Shown here: positions 45,020 to 55,096 of the stretch, in pieces
Numbering within the stretch: position 1 is the stretch's first letter
How the letters are laid out: each line of letters begins with the position of its first letter
DNA from: Candidatus Micrarchaeota archaeon
GTDB taxonomy: Archaea; Micrarchaeota; Micrarchaeia; Micrarchaeales; CABMGC01
Assembly: GCA_021802765.1 (NCBI GenBank)
Contig: JAJZRI010000002.1
Coordinates: 91,348-155,347, forward strand
Reading direction: 5' to 3'
Length of the DNA: 64,000 nucleotides
The notes under the pieces: model-generated
What the model was told of the DNA's origin: nothing
The model's input: the letters and a program-made list of their open reading frames with translations, nothing else
Database searches by the model: none
Position numbers and translations under genes: made by a program

Positions 45020-45640
45020 TAGATGAAGCTGAGCCTAACTCTAAAGAAAAATAGTTTGCCTTTGTCTGGAGGAACAAGCTGTCTATCCCTTTATCCAGTG
45101 TATATTTCCTTTCATCAAAGGCATCGCAGTCTGCAGCATCTTGACACATTATATCTATATATTTTGAAGGTTTTAGTCCCTGTTCATTCTTGCCGACTAT
45201 AAGGTCCTTGCAGGCGATACTAATACCGCGACTTTTATTATCATCTAAGCCTTCTTCCTTTCCTATAAGTGGAATTAAAAAGTGTCTGTATCCATTTGCA
45301 TCTATTCCTGCAAGAAAATGTTCAGAAATCTACGGAAACGCAGGTCTGGCTGTAATTATCTCCCCTTTTGGAACAGCACCAAGTTTATTCCATATATTAT
45401 TATCCTGACTGCGCATGTTATTCATCCATTGGTCTCCACGATGTCCCTACAAGATATGCTTGAATTGGCTGTGAAAGATTGCTTACGATCCTTATTTTGA
45501 ACGCATTTTGCGGATAAACTACAGTAAGTGTCAAATTTCCAAGGTACTTTTTGAGTAACTTGAAATTCTTGACGTCGGGATCCTTGCAAGAGTTAAGTGT
45601 CAAATTTATCATGGCAGTAGCAAGGAAACAGATGAACAAC
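45020..45640 (-). pseudogene. disrupted gene of unknown function (frameshift plus in-frame TAG)
   Basis: My manual minus-strand translation gives '...SWRPMDE*', a +1 shift, 'MNNMRSQDNNIWNKLGAVPKGEIITARPAFP', TAG, then 'ISEHFLAGIDANGYRHFLIPLIGKEEG...KANYFSLELG'. This reads as one ORF broken at two points. Confidence 0.35.
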
Positions 45641-45891
45641 GCAGATATTCGACTTGTTTCACAAGCTTTTCAATCCTTTTGTCTTTTCTTTTCCGTCTTT
45701 CTGTAACTGTTGTACAATTTCCAACAATTCGTCGTATGTCTTCACCGTCTGATCTCCGAGAATCCAATAAACTGTAGATATTGAATATCTTTAGGAAAAG
45801 GTACGAATAGTGGAATTCCCATCAGTCCGCGAAGTCATCGTAACGTTTTTAGACTCTTACATTTAATCTCTAATTATTCACGTGAGTTCTT

Positions 45892-46581
45892 ATGAAAACT
45901 GTAGGGATTATTGGTGGTCTTGGACCAAAAACAACCGCCGAATTTTACATTGGTTTAATATCAGAGTGTTACAATGAGAACAAGGAACGAAGGCCATCTA
46001 TACTAATCTGGAATGTTCCCATAAACTACGCAGAAGAGGCCAATTTCTTGAAATTTGGCACAGGCAAGGAGAAATACCTTCCATATTTAATAGACGCTGC
46101 AAGACATCTGGAGAAAGGGGGCGCAGACTTTATTGTTATACCATGCAATTCAGTACATATATTCATAAATGAAATACGTGAGTCAGTTAAAATACCGTTG
46201 TTCAGTATAGTCGAAGAAACCATAAAATTCCTTAAAGACAAAAAGATAGAGCAGGTGGGTATACTTGCAACATCCACCACCCTGAACATGAAGCTGTACG
46301 AAAATGGACTTGCGAGAGAGGGTATAAGACAGATCTCTCCAACAAAGGCACAACAGTGGAGTCTCAATTTGTTAATCAACAATTTGGTGCTCGGGACGAA
46401 GACTGAAAATGACAGAAAAACACTAAACGAGATAATCGATTCCTTTTCTGATAAAAGTATAAGTGATGTGTTACTAGCCTGCACCGACCTTCAACTTATC
46501 GTAAAGGACCATCCAAAGTTAAAGGTGCATGATACAATGGCCATTCTTATGAAGGCAACGGTAAAAGAAATACTTTCTTGA
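45892..46581 (+). CDS. aspartate/glutamate racemase family protein (aspartate racemase-like)
   Basis: 229 aa. Contains 'VGIIGGLGPKTTAEFY' and the two catalytic-Cys contexts 'IVIPCNSVH' and 'VLLACTDL'. Confidence 0.75.
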   Translation: MKTVGIIGGLGPKTTAEFYIGLISECYNENKERRPSILIWNVPINYAEEANFLKFGTGKEKYLPYLIDAARHLEKGGADFIVIPCNSVHIFINEIRESVKIPLFSIVEETIKFLKDKKIEQVGILATSTTLNMKLYENGLAREGIRQISPTKAQQWSLNLLINNLVLGTKTENDRKTLNEIIDSFSDKSISDVLLACTDLQLIVKDHPKLKVHDTMAILMKATVKEILS

Positions 46582-47109
46582 GCGATCAATTTGCATGCAT
46601 GAGTTGAACATTGAGCCGGATTTTATCATTAACCTTATAGATTTAGGTATAAGGATTTGGAGGGCTACTATCTTTAATAACACCAGTTCCAGTTGCATTG
46701 ATATAATCTACATAGGATATTGTAGGGGGAATATTATTAATGAAATTGTCGCATAACCATTGAGTATATCGGTTGCCTGCAAAAGTATAATTTGCGGAAC
46801 GAACGAAGGGGTCCTCTTGCTCGCTGTGCGAGCCGACGCATTCTTGGCTGACCTTCTTCCTAAGAAGGTCGAAGTGTAGGCACAAGAGGGGCGAACGACG
46901 TGAGGGGTGAATTGGGCCGGAGCTTCACGTTGTCAGTTGGCTTATTTTCAGCTGCTTTTGGCCTGACTCAAGTCTTTTCTTTATGGCTGCAACCATCGCC
47001 TTTATGGTCCTGTTCTCCGTAGCCTCTGGATGTTCCATAAAGAAGACTATGGCCTCAGCATATCGCCTAAGCTTCTTGTACTCTTCAGTTTGCTCTGCCA
47101 TGTTCAAGC

Positions 47110-47250
47110 CTACTTTTGAGCCTCGGACTTCTTGTACTCCAACAGAACGCGCCGAATCAGCGTGGACCGCTTATATCCTTCAGAGGCCTTAGCGTCAAGC
47201 TAAGATGCAAGGTCGTTGCTAAGGAATACTACAATTTTCCTGCTTTTCAT
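47110..47250 (-). pseudogene. possible degraded ribbon-helix-helix (CopG-like) gene
   Basis: The manual translation ends '...LDAKASEGYKRSTLIRRVLLEYKKSEAQK*', which is RHH-like. The N-terminal part ('MKSRKIVVFL') is separated from it by a frameshift and a stop. Confidence 0.25.
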
Positions 47251-47405
47251 AATGTTTTCCCTATGTATCCATTTTGTTCCATAATACTATCTTTTACCTT
47301 AGTATATGATTATATAGCTGGATAAATATATAAAGGTGTTAGAGTTAATGGAAGTTTGAGTATAGTCAGACGCATAATAGGATTTGCAACAACCAGCCAG
47401 CCGCT

Positions 47406-47417
47406 CTACCTTGGCGT
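47406..47417 (+). repeat. direct repeat copy 2 (ctaccttggcgt); candidate attR
   Basis: Exact copy of tRNA-Ser 3'-end positions 44660-44671. Confidence 0.5.
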
Positions 47418-47575
47418 ATGTTTTATCTAAGTATTGACGTAAATGCGCAGTTGTTTCAAATACCGTTATTAGATAAATTTCCCAATTCATTATGGATTGA
47501 ATAAAAAAGACGCGCATTAACCGTTGAATATTTACAGATAACACTTTTAACCTTTATTTTGAGAAAGATATTGAT

Positions 47576-48886
47576 ATGTTGCCTAAATTTAGATATAGTA
47601 AACCTATCAACCAAGAATTGCGGGAGGTTTACATGGACAGACTGATAGAAGAGACCTACGTGAAAGCCATAGAGATTCTTAGGCGAAATTCTACAGAAAA
47701 AGGGATAAAGGCTGCAGACGTAGGATACAATCAGATATGGGCCCGGGACTCCTTTATCACATTTATAGGATCCAACATGATTGAAGATCCAGTTCTCTTG
47801 AAGGCCGCAAAGAATACTCTTCTTACTCTAGGAAGATCAAAATCAAAGCTTGGGCAGATATTAATAAATTATGAGCTGGACCTCAAAGAACCCAGATCCT
47901 TCCATGCTGGTGGCGCGGATGCGTCCCTATGGTACATAATCGGGCTGGCCAATTTATACGATGTGACAAAGGATAAAGATCTTCTTGGTGAAGCGCTTAA
48001 TCATGCAATGGCAGCGTATAAGTGGGTAAGGTACCAGGATACAAGAAACATACTCTTAATAGACAGCCAGCCGGCAGCTGACTGGATGGACAATACTGTC
48101 GAAAGAGCTGAGATAACACTCTATAACAATGTACTTATGCTGGCCGCAACAAAATGCATAAACAAGCTCTGTGATATTTCAGGAAAGCATCTGGAGCCCA
48201 ATGTCAAGCTAGAATATGATGAACTTAAGGGCCAGTTCGATAGGATGTTTAATCCTACAGATGAGGCCAGGAAGAGCGGCTATTGGCCACACATAGGCGA
48301 TAGCGAAAAGGACATTTTTACAGATCCTCCAACGGGGAAGATGAGATTTTATCCGCAATTCATAGCCTTTAACCGCGTTGACATGCATTTTGATTCATTT
48401 TCAAACTTTATGGCAGTTGTATTTGGCATAAGTGACAGGGAGAAATCAAGGGACATAATAGAATATTCAAATGAAAACAATATTTCAAAGCCATACCCTG
48501 TGAAGACCATACATCCGATTTACAAAAAGGGAGACAAATACTTTGACTATGATTATAATAAATTAAAACCGGCACGCTGGAGAAATGACTCATATCGCTA
48601 CCATAATGGGGGCATTTGGCCGTTTGTTGGAGGATTTTATGTTCTTTCCCTTAAGGAGACAAATAGCGACAGGTTCAAGGAGGAACTATTCAACCTTGCA
48701 AGAGCCAACTCCATTGTAGGAAAGACTTTCTATGGCGAAGAATGCACTAGAGGCTTTAATGAGTGGATAGACGGAAAAACCGGTGAGCTTGGAGGCCAGG
48801 ATGGCCAATCATGGAGCGCAGGCATGTTCATTGCAGCTTATATGGCATACAAAGGAAAGGATCCGTTCGCATTCCTCAAGAATTAA
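47576..48886 (+). CDS. (alpha/alpha)6-barrel glycoside hydrolase (amylo-alpha-1,6-glucosidase / neutral-invertase-like)
   Basis: 436 aa. Motifs: 'NQIWARDSFITFIG', 'GGADASLWYIIGL', 'PAADWMDN' and 'YRYHNGGIWPFVGGFY'. The start may be the internal Met 'MDRLIEE'. Confidence 0.5.
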   Translation: MLPKFRYSKPINQELREVYMDRLIEETYVKAIEILRRNSTEKGIKAADVGYNQIWARDSFITFIGSNMIEDPVLLKAAKNTLLTLGRSKSKLGQILINYELDLKEPRSFHAGGADASLWYIIGLANLYDVTKDKDLLGEALNHAMAAYKWVRYQDTRNILLIDSQPAADWMDNTVERAEITLYNNVLMLAATKCINKLCDISGKHLEPNVKLEYDELKGQFDRMFNPTDEARKSGYWPHIGDSEKDIFTDPPTGKMRFYPQFIAFNRVDMHFDSFSNFMAVVFGISDREKSRDIIEYSNENNISKPYPVKTIHPIYKKGDKYFDYDYNKLKPARWRNDSYRYHNGGIWPFVGGFYVLSLKETNSDRFKEELFNLARANSIVGKTFYGEECTRGFNEWIDGKTGELGGQDGQSWSAGMFIAAYMAYKGKDPFAFLKN

Positions 48887-48938
48887 GCAGCTAATTGTAA
48901 AAGTTATTAATCCTGAACATTCAATTATTTCTGATTGA

Positions 48939-49496
48939 ATGGATGGAATAAGAATACCTAAAGGCGCAAAGATGGTCTTCCATGGTATGCGCGTGAATGT
49001 TTACCATGCCAAAATAAAATTACTTAACGGAACTTACAAGACCTTTGAGATGACGGAAAGGCCTGATAGCGTAGTGATAATACCAGTATTCGAAAAAAGG
49101 ATAATGGCCATAAATGAATGGTACCCAATCTCAAAGAAGTGGGTTCATTGCCTTCCGGCCGGAGCAGTAGATGAAGGAGAGCACCCTAAAGAAGCCGCAA
49201 AGAGAGAGCTGCAGGAAGAGACAGGACTGTTCTCAAATGATATAAAACTCCTATTTCATACTGGCACGTCAAAGAGCATGCAGGGAGAGGACTATGTCTT
49301 CATAGCAAAGAACTGCATCATGAAGGAAAAGATAAACCACGATCCTGCCGAGGAGATACGTCCTTTGCTTGTTGATTTTGACAGATTCATGGATATAGCA
49401 AAAAAGAGCCTGAATGGAAATGCCGGAAAGCGTTTCTATGAAATTACAAATACACCGTCAAAGCGGAAGGCTCTTCGCAATAGGCTCTTCTCCTAG
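48939..49496 (+). CDS. Nudix hydrolase
   Basis: Contains the Nudix box 'GAVDEGEHPKEAAKRELQEETGL'. Confidence 0.8.
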   Translation: MDGIRIPKGAKMVFHGMRVNVYHAKIKLLNGTYKTFEMTERPDSVVIIPVFEKRIMAINEWYPISKKWVHCLPAGAVDEGEHPKEAAKRELQEETGLFSNDIKLLFHTGTSKSMQGEDYVFIAKNCIMKEKINHDPAEEIRPLLVDFDRFMDIAKKSLNGNAGKRFYEITNTPSKRKALRNRLFS

Positions 49497-50216
49497 TTAC
49501 CTGCTCACGGCAGTGACTTTGGCAGCAGCGAGATAGTCTTGGCTCTTCAGTACATTAACATCGCTATCCATTATGGCGTTGTTTAGCTTGCTTTCTGATA
49601 TAAGTCTTATGTCGCTTATGTGTAACGCAGTTGCTGCTATCTCTATGTCTGGAAGGACGTCTCTTATGCCTCTTGCTTGTATGAAATATGAATCGAACAT
49701 GCCAACATTATCAGAATATCTTCGTATCAGGTCAAGGTACATGGTCTTGCTTGGCTTTACGAGCGTGAGTATGTGCCTTCCTGTGTCCGCAGGTATATCC
49801 AAGGTGCTAAGGTCTATGAGTTTTATATCCAAACTAGCGCCTATCGACCTTGCAAACGGGCTAATGGAGGCCTCTTGAACATCGCAGTTGATCCTACTTT
49901 CAAGCTCCTTCCTGTCTGCGAACTTATTGATCTTGAATTGAGAGACAAGATATTTATCAATCTGCGCACTGGTCTTTGTTCTGCCATTTATTGCAGCTTC
50001 AACTAGCCCCATTGCACCGCAGTCGGTGTGCGGCGCTATAACTATACTCTTTATCGGATGCTCTATTGATAGCTGCTTTACGGTGTTGAGAACTGTTAAG
50101 ACGTTTGCTCCGGCATTTCTGACAAAAACCGTACTTCCGTCATTATACTCGGAGTCTAGAAAAGCACTTAGCCTTCTGTCCATGCATGATATCAGGATTC
50201 TACTTGTGTCTGACAT
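49497..50216 (-). CDS. Cab-type beta-carbonic-anhydrase-like protein with C-terminal extension, paralog 1
   Basis: 239 aa. 'ISCMDRRL' (CxDxR), 'VRNAGANV' and 'APHTDCGAMG' (HxxC) reproduce the zinc-ligand pattern of archaeal Cab-type beta-CAs. About 110 extra C-terminal residues follow. Confidence 0.55.
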   Translation of the reverse strand: MSDTSRILISCMDRRLSAFLDSEYNDGSTVFVRNAGANVLTVLNTVKQLSIEHPIKSIVIAPHTDCGAMGLVEAAINGRTKTSAQIDKYLVSQFKINKFADRKELESRINCDVQEASISPFARSIGASLDIKLIDLSTLDIPADTGRHILTLVKPSKTMYLDLIRRYSDNVGMFDSYFIQARGIRDVLPDIEIAATALHISDIRLISESKLNNAIMDSDVNVLKSQDYLAAAKVTAVSR

Positions 50217-50255
50217 AGGCGCACCGGCATTTTATAGGATAGGAATGCTAGCTAT

Positions 50256-51215
50256 TTATTTGTTATGAATGACTTTGCGTATCCCAGGAGTTATGGATAT
50301 TCCCTCCGACCTTAGAAGATTTGCAAATGCTTTATCAAAATATACTGGGGTTATCTTAACTTCTTTAAGGAATTCCCGCTGCGGATCGTGTTTTGCAAGA
50401 TTGTTTAGCATGGTGATGCGCTCTCTGACACGTTTGTCATCGGCATCTCCAAGTGAGACGAGCCGGAGTTCTTTTATTCCAAGTTGGAATGCAAGCTCAA
50501 AATCTAGCAGGGCATTTAGTACTGTTATCCGCTTTACTTGATATGCTCTCTTCTGCTCTGTGCCCAATCCCATTATGGATATCTGCTCCGGAGTATAGAC
50601 ATTGGTTGGGGGTATAAATATTACGGCCGCATCTCCATGAACATTGGGGTCGTGCCAGTCTGGTCTTTTTGCTAGGCTGTTGATTCCTACCAGTTCCGCC
50701 TCATGGACCTTAACTCTTCCCTTGAAATAAACATCCAATATGCCTTTCTTGAAATCCCTGTTGAAATTCTCTATCTCATTGACCGTCATAGTTGTTATAT
50801 CCAAATCAGCAAGTGTACTTAGCCTTCTTAGCATATGGCTTACCATCTTTTTCTCAAGTTCTGAGGAGGGATCTATCTTTCCAGTTATAACCTTATGGCA
50901 GTAGTCCATTGCGCCGCAGTTTTCATGTGTATAAACCTTTATGTGTTTTATTGAAGGAAGAGCTTGAAGGATAAGATCTATTTCTCCGAGCATTTCAGAA
51001 ACCATTCCGCCGCCGTTTCTCAACGCTATTACGTTATTTCCCTTTTGCAGGTCAGTGAATATCTTCCAAAAACGGTCGTCCATGCATCCTATTGCAAGAG
51101 TATCTATGTTTTTAGACGGGTCTATCCACATTCCACTTATGTTTCTTGCACTAGATACGGACTGTAGGAGTATCAGTTGTTCTGGAGATAGGTTAGTAGT
51201 CTGGTCAATATTCAT
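50256..51215 (-). CDS. Cab-type beta-carbonic-anhydrase-like protein with N- and C-terminal extensions, paralog 2
   Basis: 319 aa. Motifs: 'IGCMDDRF', 'LRNGGGMV' and 'YTHENCGAMDY'. The C-terminal region is similar in layout to paralog 1. Confidence 0.5.
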   Translation of the reverse strand: MNIDQTTNLSPEQLILLQSVSSARNISGMWIDPSKNIDTLAIGCMDDRFWKIFTDLQKGNNVIALRNGGGMVSEMLGEIDLILQALPSIKHIKVYTHENCGAMDYCHKVITGKIDPSSELEKKMVSHMLRRLSTLADLDITTMTVNEIENFNRDFKKGILDVYFKGRVKVHEAELVGINSLAKRPDWHDPNVHGDAAVIFIPPTNVYTPEQISIMGLGTEQKRAYQVKRITVLNALLDFELAFQLGIKELRLVSLGDADDKRVRERITMLNNLAKHDPQREFLKEVKITPVYFDKAFANLLRSEGISITPGIRKVIHNK

Positions 51216-51308
51216 ATATGGTCAATATTAATTGGTTATTTCCTTATATTTAAACTTATCTCATTCTGCAATTTTTATTCACAAATATTGTTTAATTGCA
51301 ATCACTAC

Positions 51309-52121
51309 TTAATGCGCCGCACGGGACCTGCCAACCAGATACAGGCGTGCATTGCTACCTCGTATAAAATCGTCTTTTGATAGATCCCTTAAGAGTTTCT
51401 TCATCTCGATGGCATCATCGCTCCCGTGTGCGTAAAAAACTACGTCCCTGAGTCCCTTCTCGCGCATAATGAACTTTATTGAGGTGATATCGGGAGGCTC
51501 AAGAACATAGGTACTGTCCATTGTGAGTGCCCTTCCCAGAAGATCGGAAGCATCTCCAAGAAGATGCTCGTAGTGCCATCTGGAAGGGTTGAGAGCAAGA
51601 ATAGTGCTGCGCGCTCTTGACTCGTAATTTTCTGCGCTAGCGTGATTGACCATCTTTATTATTCTACGCATATTCCTAGCAGACTCTCCGCGCTCGGCCT
51701 GCCAAGTCATTATTATTTGACCAAGAAGCAAGGACTGCAACTTCGGATTTGCATCAGTCTCTAGGTGCCTTTTATCTCCAACGGTTATGTGGTTTGCCTT
51801 GAATGGCGCGGCAAACAGCGAATAAATTTGAGGATCGATGCTTCTTCCGGAGTGTATCGACCGGTATACGACTTCTGATGCAAGGCAGTCCGTGTGGTTT
51901 ATTAGCATTATTTCGCGTATTGGATTTTCATTTAATAGATTGATCACTGCCTGTGTTATCTTATTTGAAGCAACGTTTGCTCCTAGAGAACTTAGCATTA
52001 TCGCATTTCCGGTGTTCTCTGCATCCACTGCCTGGTTGCTTGCGGGCTCAGGACATGAAATTATGAGCTTCTCGATAGGCTGCGGTCTGCTGCCAAACAT
52101 GTAGAATTCGTCTACCATCAA
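51309..52121 (-). CDS. beta-carbonic-anhydrase-like paralog 3, degenerate active site
   Basis: 270 aa. 'ISCPEPAS' replaces CxDxR (Asp->Glu, Arg lost), 'SSLGANV' replaces RNAGxN, and 'NHTDCLAS' retains HxxC. Confidence 0.45.
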   Translation of the reverse strand: MMVDEFYMFGSRPQPIEKLIISCPEPASNQAVDAENTGNAIMLSSLGANVASNKITQAVINLLNENPIREIMLINHTDCLASEVVYRSIHSGRSIDPQIYSLFAAPFKANHITVGDKRHLETDANPKLQSLLLGQIIMTWQAERGESARNMRRIIKMVNHASAENYESRARSTILALNPSRWHYEHLLGDASDLLGRALTMDSTYVLEPPDITSIKFIMREKGLRDVVFYAHGSDDAIEMKKLLRDLSKDDFIRGSNARLYLVGRSRAAH

Positions 52122-52156
52122 ACCAAAAACGTCTGAACTTGCCTGATATTAATGTC

Positions 52157-53464
52157 TTATGGTTCAAGGCGATTGGACATCCTTGGAAATGGTATTGCAT
52201 CGCGTATGTGGTCCAAATTCAATAGCCATTTTATTACGCGCTCTATTCCCAGACCAAAGCCCGAGTGCGGAGCCGAGCCATATCGCCTTAAGTCTATCCA
52301 CCACTGGTAATTATCCATGTTGAACTTGATGCCCTTTTGCATCTCTACCTCCTTCATCCTTGAAAGCAGTTTGTCTAGCTCCCATATCCTTTCGCTGCCC
52401 CCAATTATCTCTCCGTGACCATGAGGTGCTTGCATGTCCGAGCAGAGAACAGTGCGCTCGTCTTTAGGATTTATCGGCATATAAAACGGCTTTATCTCTT
52501 TTGGCCAGTTGTAGACAAACAGCGGCTTGTCCTCTGCTTCAGTAAGGGCCTTTTCATGCTCCACTCCGAAGTCGTCGCCCCATTTTAACTGGAATCCCTT
52601 TTCATTCAGAAGACCCAAGGCCTCCTCGTAGCTAAGTCTCTTGAACGGAGGACGTATCCTGCTCAAATCATCTCCGTTGATTTGAAGTTCCTTGAGTAGG
52701 TCTTGATTATTTGATGCGAGCCTGGTGGCTATGTGCGAAACCAGCCTTTCTTGCAGCGCCATGCTCTTTTTGTTGTCGAAGTAGAGCATCTCTGGCTCAA
52801 GGTGCCAGTACTCTGCAAGATGTTTTGTCGTCCTTGAGTTCTCTGCCCTGAAAGATGGTGCGAATGAATAAACTTTTTCAAGTGGGAAAGCCATTGCCTC
52901 GGCATAGAGCTGCGATGATTCGGTAAGATATGCCTTTGACCCGAAGAAGTCAGTCTCAAAGAGATTTGCACCAGTCTCACCTGCAGCCTTTGTCAATATT
53001 GGAGGGGTTATCTCGAAGAATCCGCTCTTGTCAAGGAACTCTCGTGCATACCTGAAAACATACGACCTTGCCTTCATTACTGAAATCATCTTCTGGCTCC
53101 TAAGCCATAAGTGCCGCTTATCAAGAAGGAGCTCTGTACTCTGGTACTCGGTTATCGGAAACGGCTCTGACAGCGCAGTGTTCCTAAAATCAGTAGCAGT
53201 AAGTTCATAGCCTGTCGGAGACCTAGGATCCTGCTTGATTGTTCCAGATATGCTAACATTTGATTCTATTGTGGAAGACAACGCAGCATTCCAGGCATCG
53301 GCGCTGATGGCATCCTTTTTTATTGCTACCTGCACCAGACCCGAAACGTCCCTTAGCACAACAAATATGATACCGCCACTCTGCCTCTTCCTGTGAATCC
53401 ATCCAGACAGGACCACGTTCTTTCCAGGTGACTTTACCGCGTCAGATATGTGGATTGTGCGCAT
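52157..53464 (-). CDS. asnS: asparaginyl-tRNA synthetase
   Basis: 435 aa, class IIb. Motifs: 'FRAENSRTTKHLAEYWHLEPEM' and 'GSAPHSGFGLGIERV'. Confidence 0.8.
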   Translation of the reverse strand: MRTIHISDAVKSPGKNVVLSGWIHRKRQSGGIIFVVLRDVSGLVQVAIKKDAISADAWNAALSSTIESNVSISGTIKQDPRSPTGYELTATDFRNTALSEPFPITEYQSTELLLDKRHLWLRSQKMISVMKARSYVFRYAREFLDKSGFFEITPPILTKAAGETGANLFETDFFGSKAYLTESSQLYAEAMAFPLEKVYSFAPSFRAENSRTTKHLAEYWHLEPEMLYFDNKKSMALQERLVSHIATRLASNNQDLLKELQINGDDLSRIRPPFKRLSYEEALGLLNEKGFQLKWGDDFGVEHEKALTEAEDKPLFVYNWPKEIKPFYMPINPKDERTVLCSDMQAPHGHGEIIGGSERIWELDKLLSRMKEVEMQKGIKFNMDNYQWWIDLRRYGSAPHSGFGLGIERVIKWLLNLDHIRDAIPFPRMSNRLEP

Positions 53465-53518
53465 AGTAGCCCGTAGAATAATTGGCAGTTAATGCTTAAA
53501 GCATTTTGCATGTAGCTG

Positions 53519-54844
53519 CTAGGAGTGCTTGAAGACATTCCTGATAGTTAGCATTACATCCTTGAATTTTTTCCTCTTCTCTGTTTCTTCTGGTTGGCTC
53601 TCAAGGAATTTTAATAGAAGAGGATTGAATTCGTTTGGAACTTGAAGGTGTGGCCCGTGGCCGCACTTAAACTCAGTAAGCGTGCAATGCTCAAAGTTCT
53701 TTGCCGCGGCCTTTACCAGAGGCAACTGGAAGACAAGGTCATTATCTCCATGAGCGATCCAATAGGGTATTCCTGCGCTGTTTAGAACTTCAAACCCATT
53801 CATGTAGACGTTCTTGAATCCCCTAAGCACCTCCTTGTGCTTCTTGTCCTTTCCCTTGCCGAATAAATCAGATAGAACTTCCTTTGGAGATGCGCTGAAT
53901 TGATCATTTAGGAACTCCATGAATGCTGGAGTCACATCCTCGCTCGAAAAGAACATATCTGTAAGCTCGAATACATTCTCAGGCACAGGAAGACCCCTGT
54001 TGAATTTCTTCGCGATTGTCGTAACAAGCTTCTTGTTCTTGTGAAGGCGAGTTAGAAGAAACTTGGCAACCTTTGGGAACATGGTAAGCTCCCTGATCGT
54101 TAGAGGAATTTCCCTGTCCGTAAGGCCGCCGCTGGCTGTGCCTACGAGTTTGTTTACCATGGATGGATTCTCAAGTGTGAATCCCAGACCTATCCATCCA
54201 CCCATAGAGCTGCTTATTATGTTTGCACTCTCTATTCCACGGTTAACCATAAAATCTTTTACAAACTTTACGTAGAAATTTAATGTACATTTATCATGTG
54301 GGTGGGGAGATTTGCCATATCCTGGAAGATCTGGAGAAATGACGTGGTATTTTTCTGAAAGCTCAAGGAACTGATACTTCCAGGACTTGTAGGATGAAGA
54401 GCCTACGCCTCCGTGGATGAATAGCACCGTCTCTTTGCCTGGGTCGCCTGCCGCAATATAGAAAGTATCTACTCCGTTTATCATTGCGCGATTCTCCCTA
54501 ACACCATTAAGTGTAAAGAGTTCCATGCATTGTTTAAGCGTTATTTTTTTCATCTTGTTGATGTCTGTTTCGGGATTTCCAGTGTTTAACTTAGCCTCAA
54601 TGCATGCTACCATTGATGGTGAAGTCAATATATCTTTTGCATCTTCGGCGTTCAACTGTCGATTTAGCACAAATTCGAGATCGCTTAGAAGGGATGCTGG
54701 AAGTTTCAAGCTCTTGGTAGTTCCGTCTTGAAGTGTCATTTGCAAAAGTTCTCTGCCGACCGTTTTTTGAACTGGAATTGAGATATTTTCTGCCTGATTG
54801 TAGGAGTGATGGTGATCATGATTATGAAATACTGGAACTGGCAT
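53519..54844 (-). CDS. alpha/beta-hydrolase fold protein with an N-terminal extension
   Basis: 441 aa. Contains 'VLFIHGGVGSS', the nucleophile elbow 'SSSMGGWIG', then 'AHGDNDLV' and 'GHGPHLQ'. Confidence 0.65.
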   Translation of the reverse strand: MPVPVFHNHDHHHSYNQAENISIPVQKTVGRELLQMTLQDGTTKSLKLPASLLSDLEFVLNRQLNAEDAKDILTSPSMVACIEAKLNTGNPETDINKMKKITLKQCMELFTLNGVRENRAMINGVDTFYIAAGDPGKETVLFIHGGVGSSSYKSWKYQFLELSEKYHVISPDLPGYGKSPHPHDKCTLNFYVKFVKDFMVNRGIESANIISSSMGGWIGLGFTLENPSMVNKLVGTASGGLTDREIPLTIRELTMFPKVAKFLLTRLHKNKKLVTTIAKKFNRGLPVPENVFELTDMFFSSEDVTPAFMEFLNDQFSASPKEVLSDLFGKGKDKKHKEVLRGFKNVYMNGFEVLNSAGIPYWIAHGDNDLVFQLPLVKAAAKNFEHCTLTEFKCGHGPHLQVPNEFNPLLLKFLESQPEETEKRKKFKDVMLTIRNVFKHS

Positions 54845-55096
54845 ACTACCCCATATTATATGATGTGCATTTTGATATTAAAAGATAATTTAAATGCACA
54901 ATATTGTACATTCTGATTGTTATTTTGTAACCTAAGATCGCCCAATCAATCAGATCCGTATCCATCTCCAATACCAACTATGATTCGTACTTCCGATTTG
55001 ATAGTATAAATATTTTTCCTGTGAATTCCCAAACCCACCACGTTGGCAGACTCACGATAGTCGTAATAAGCTTATCTTGGCATATATTATCTGAAA

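Noticed and set aside
46643-46885. An 80-aa minus-strand ORF. The 47299..47544 minus ORF was noted as well.
   Set aside because: They have no recognisable motifs and odd composition. They lie in the low-coding-density degraded region and near the attR-like repeat, so they are likely non-functional.
45300-47250. In-frame TAG codons inside otherwise protein-like reading frames (about 45330 and about 47200), which could hint at stop-codon recoding or pyrrolysine.
   Set aside because: TAG clearly terminates well-supported genes in the same window. The kinase-like paralogs end at 5766 and 7880, and their C-termini are followed by intergenic sequence or a coupled start. The TAG-containing frames also carry frameshifts, so pseudogenisation is the simpler explanation.
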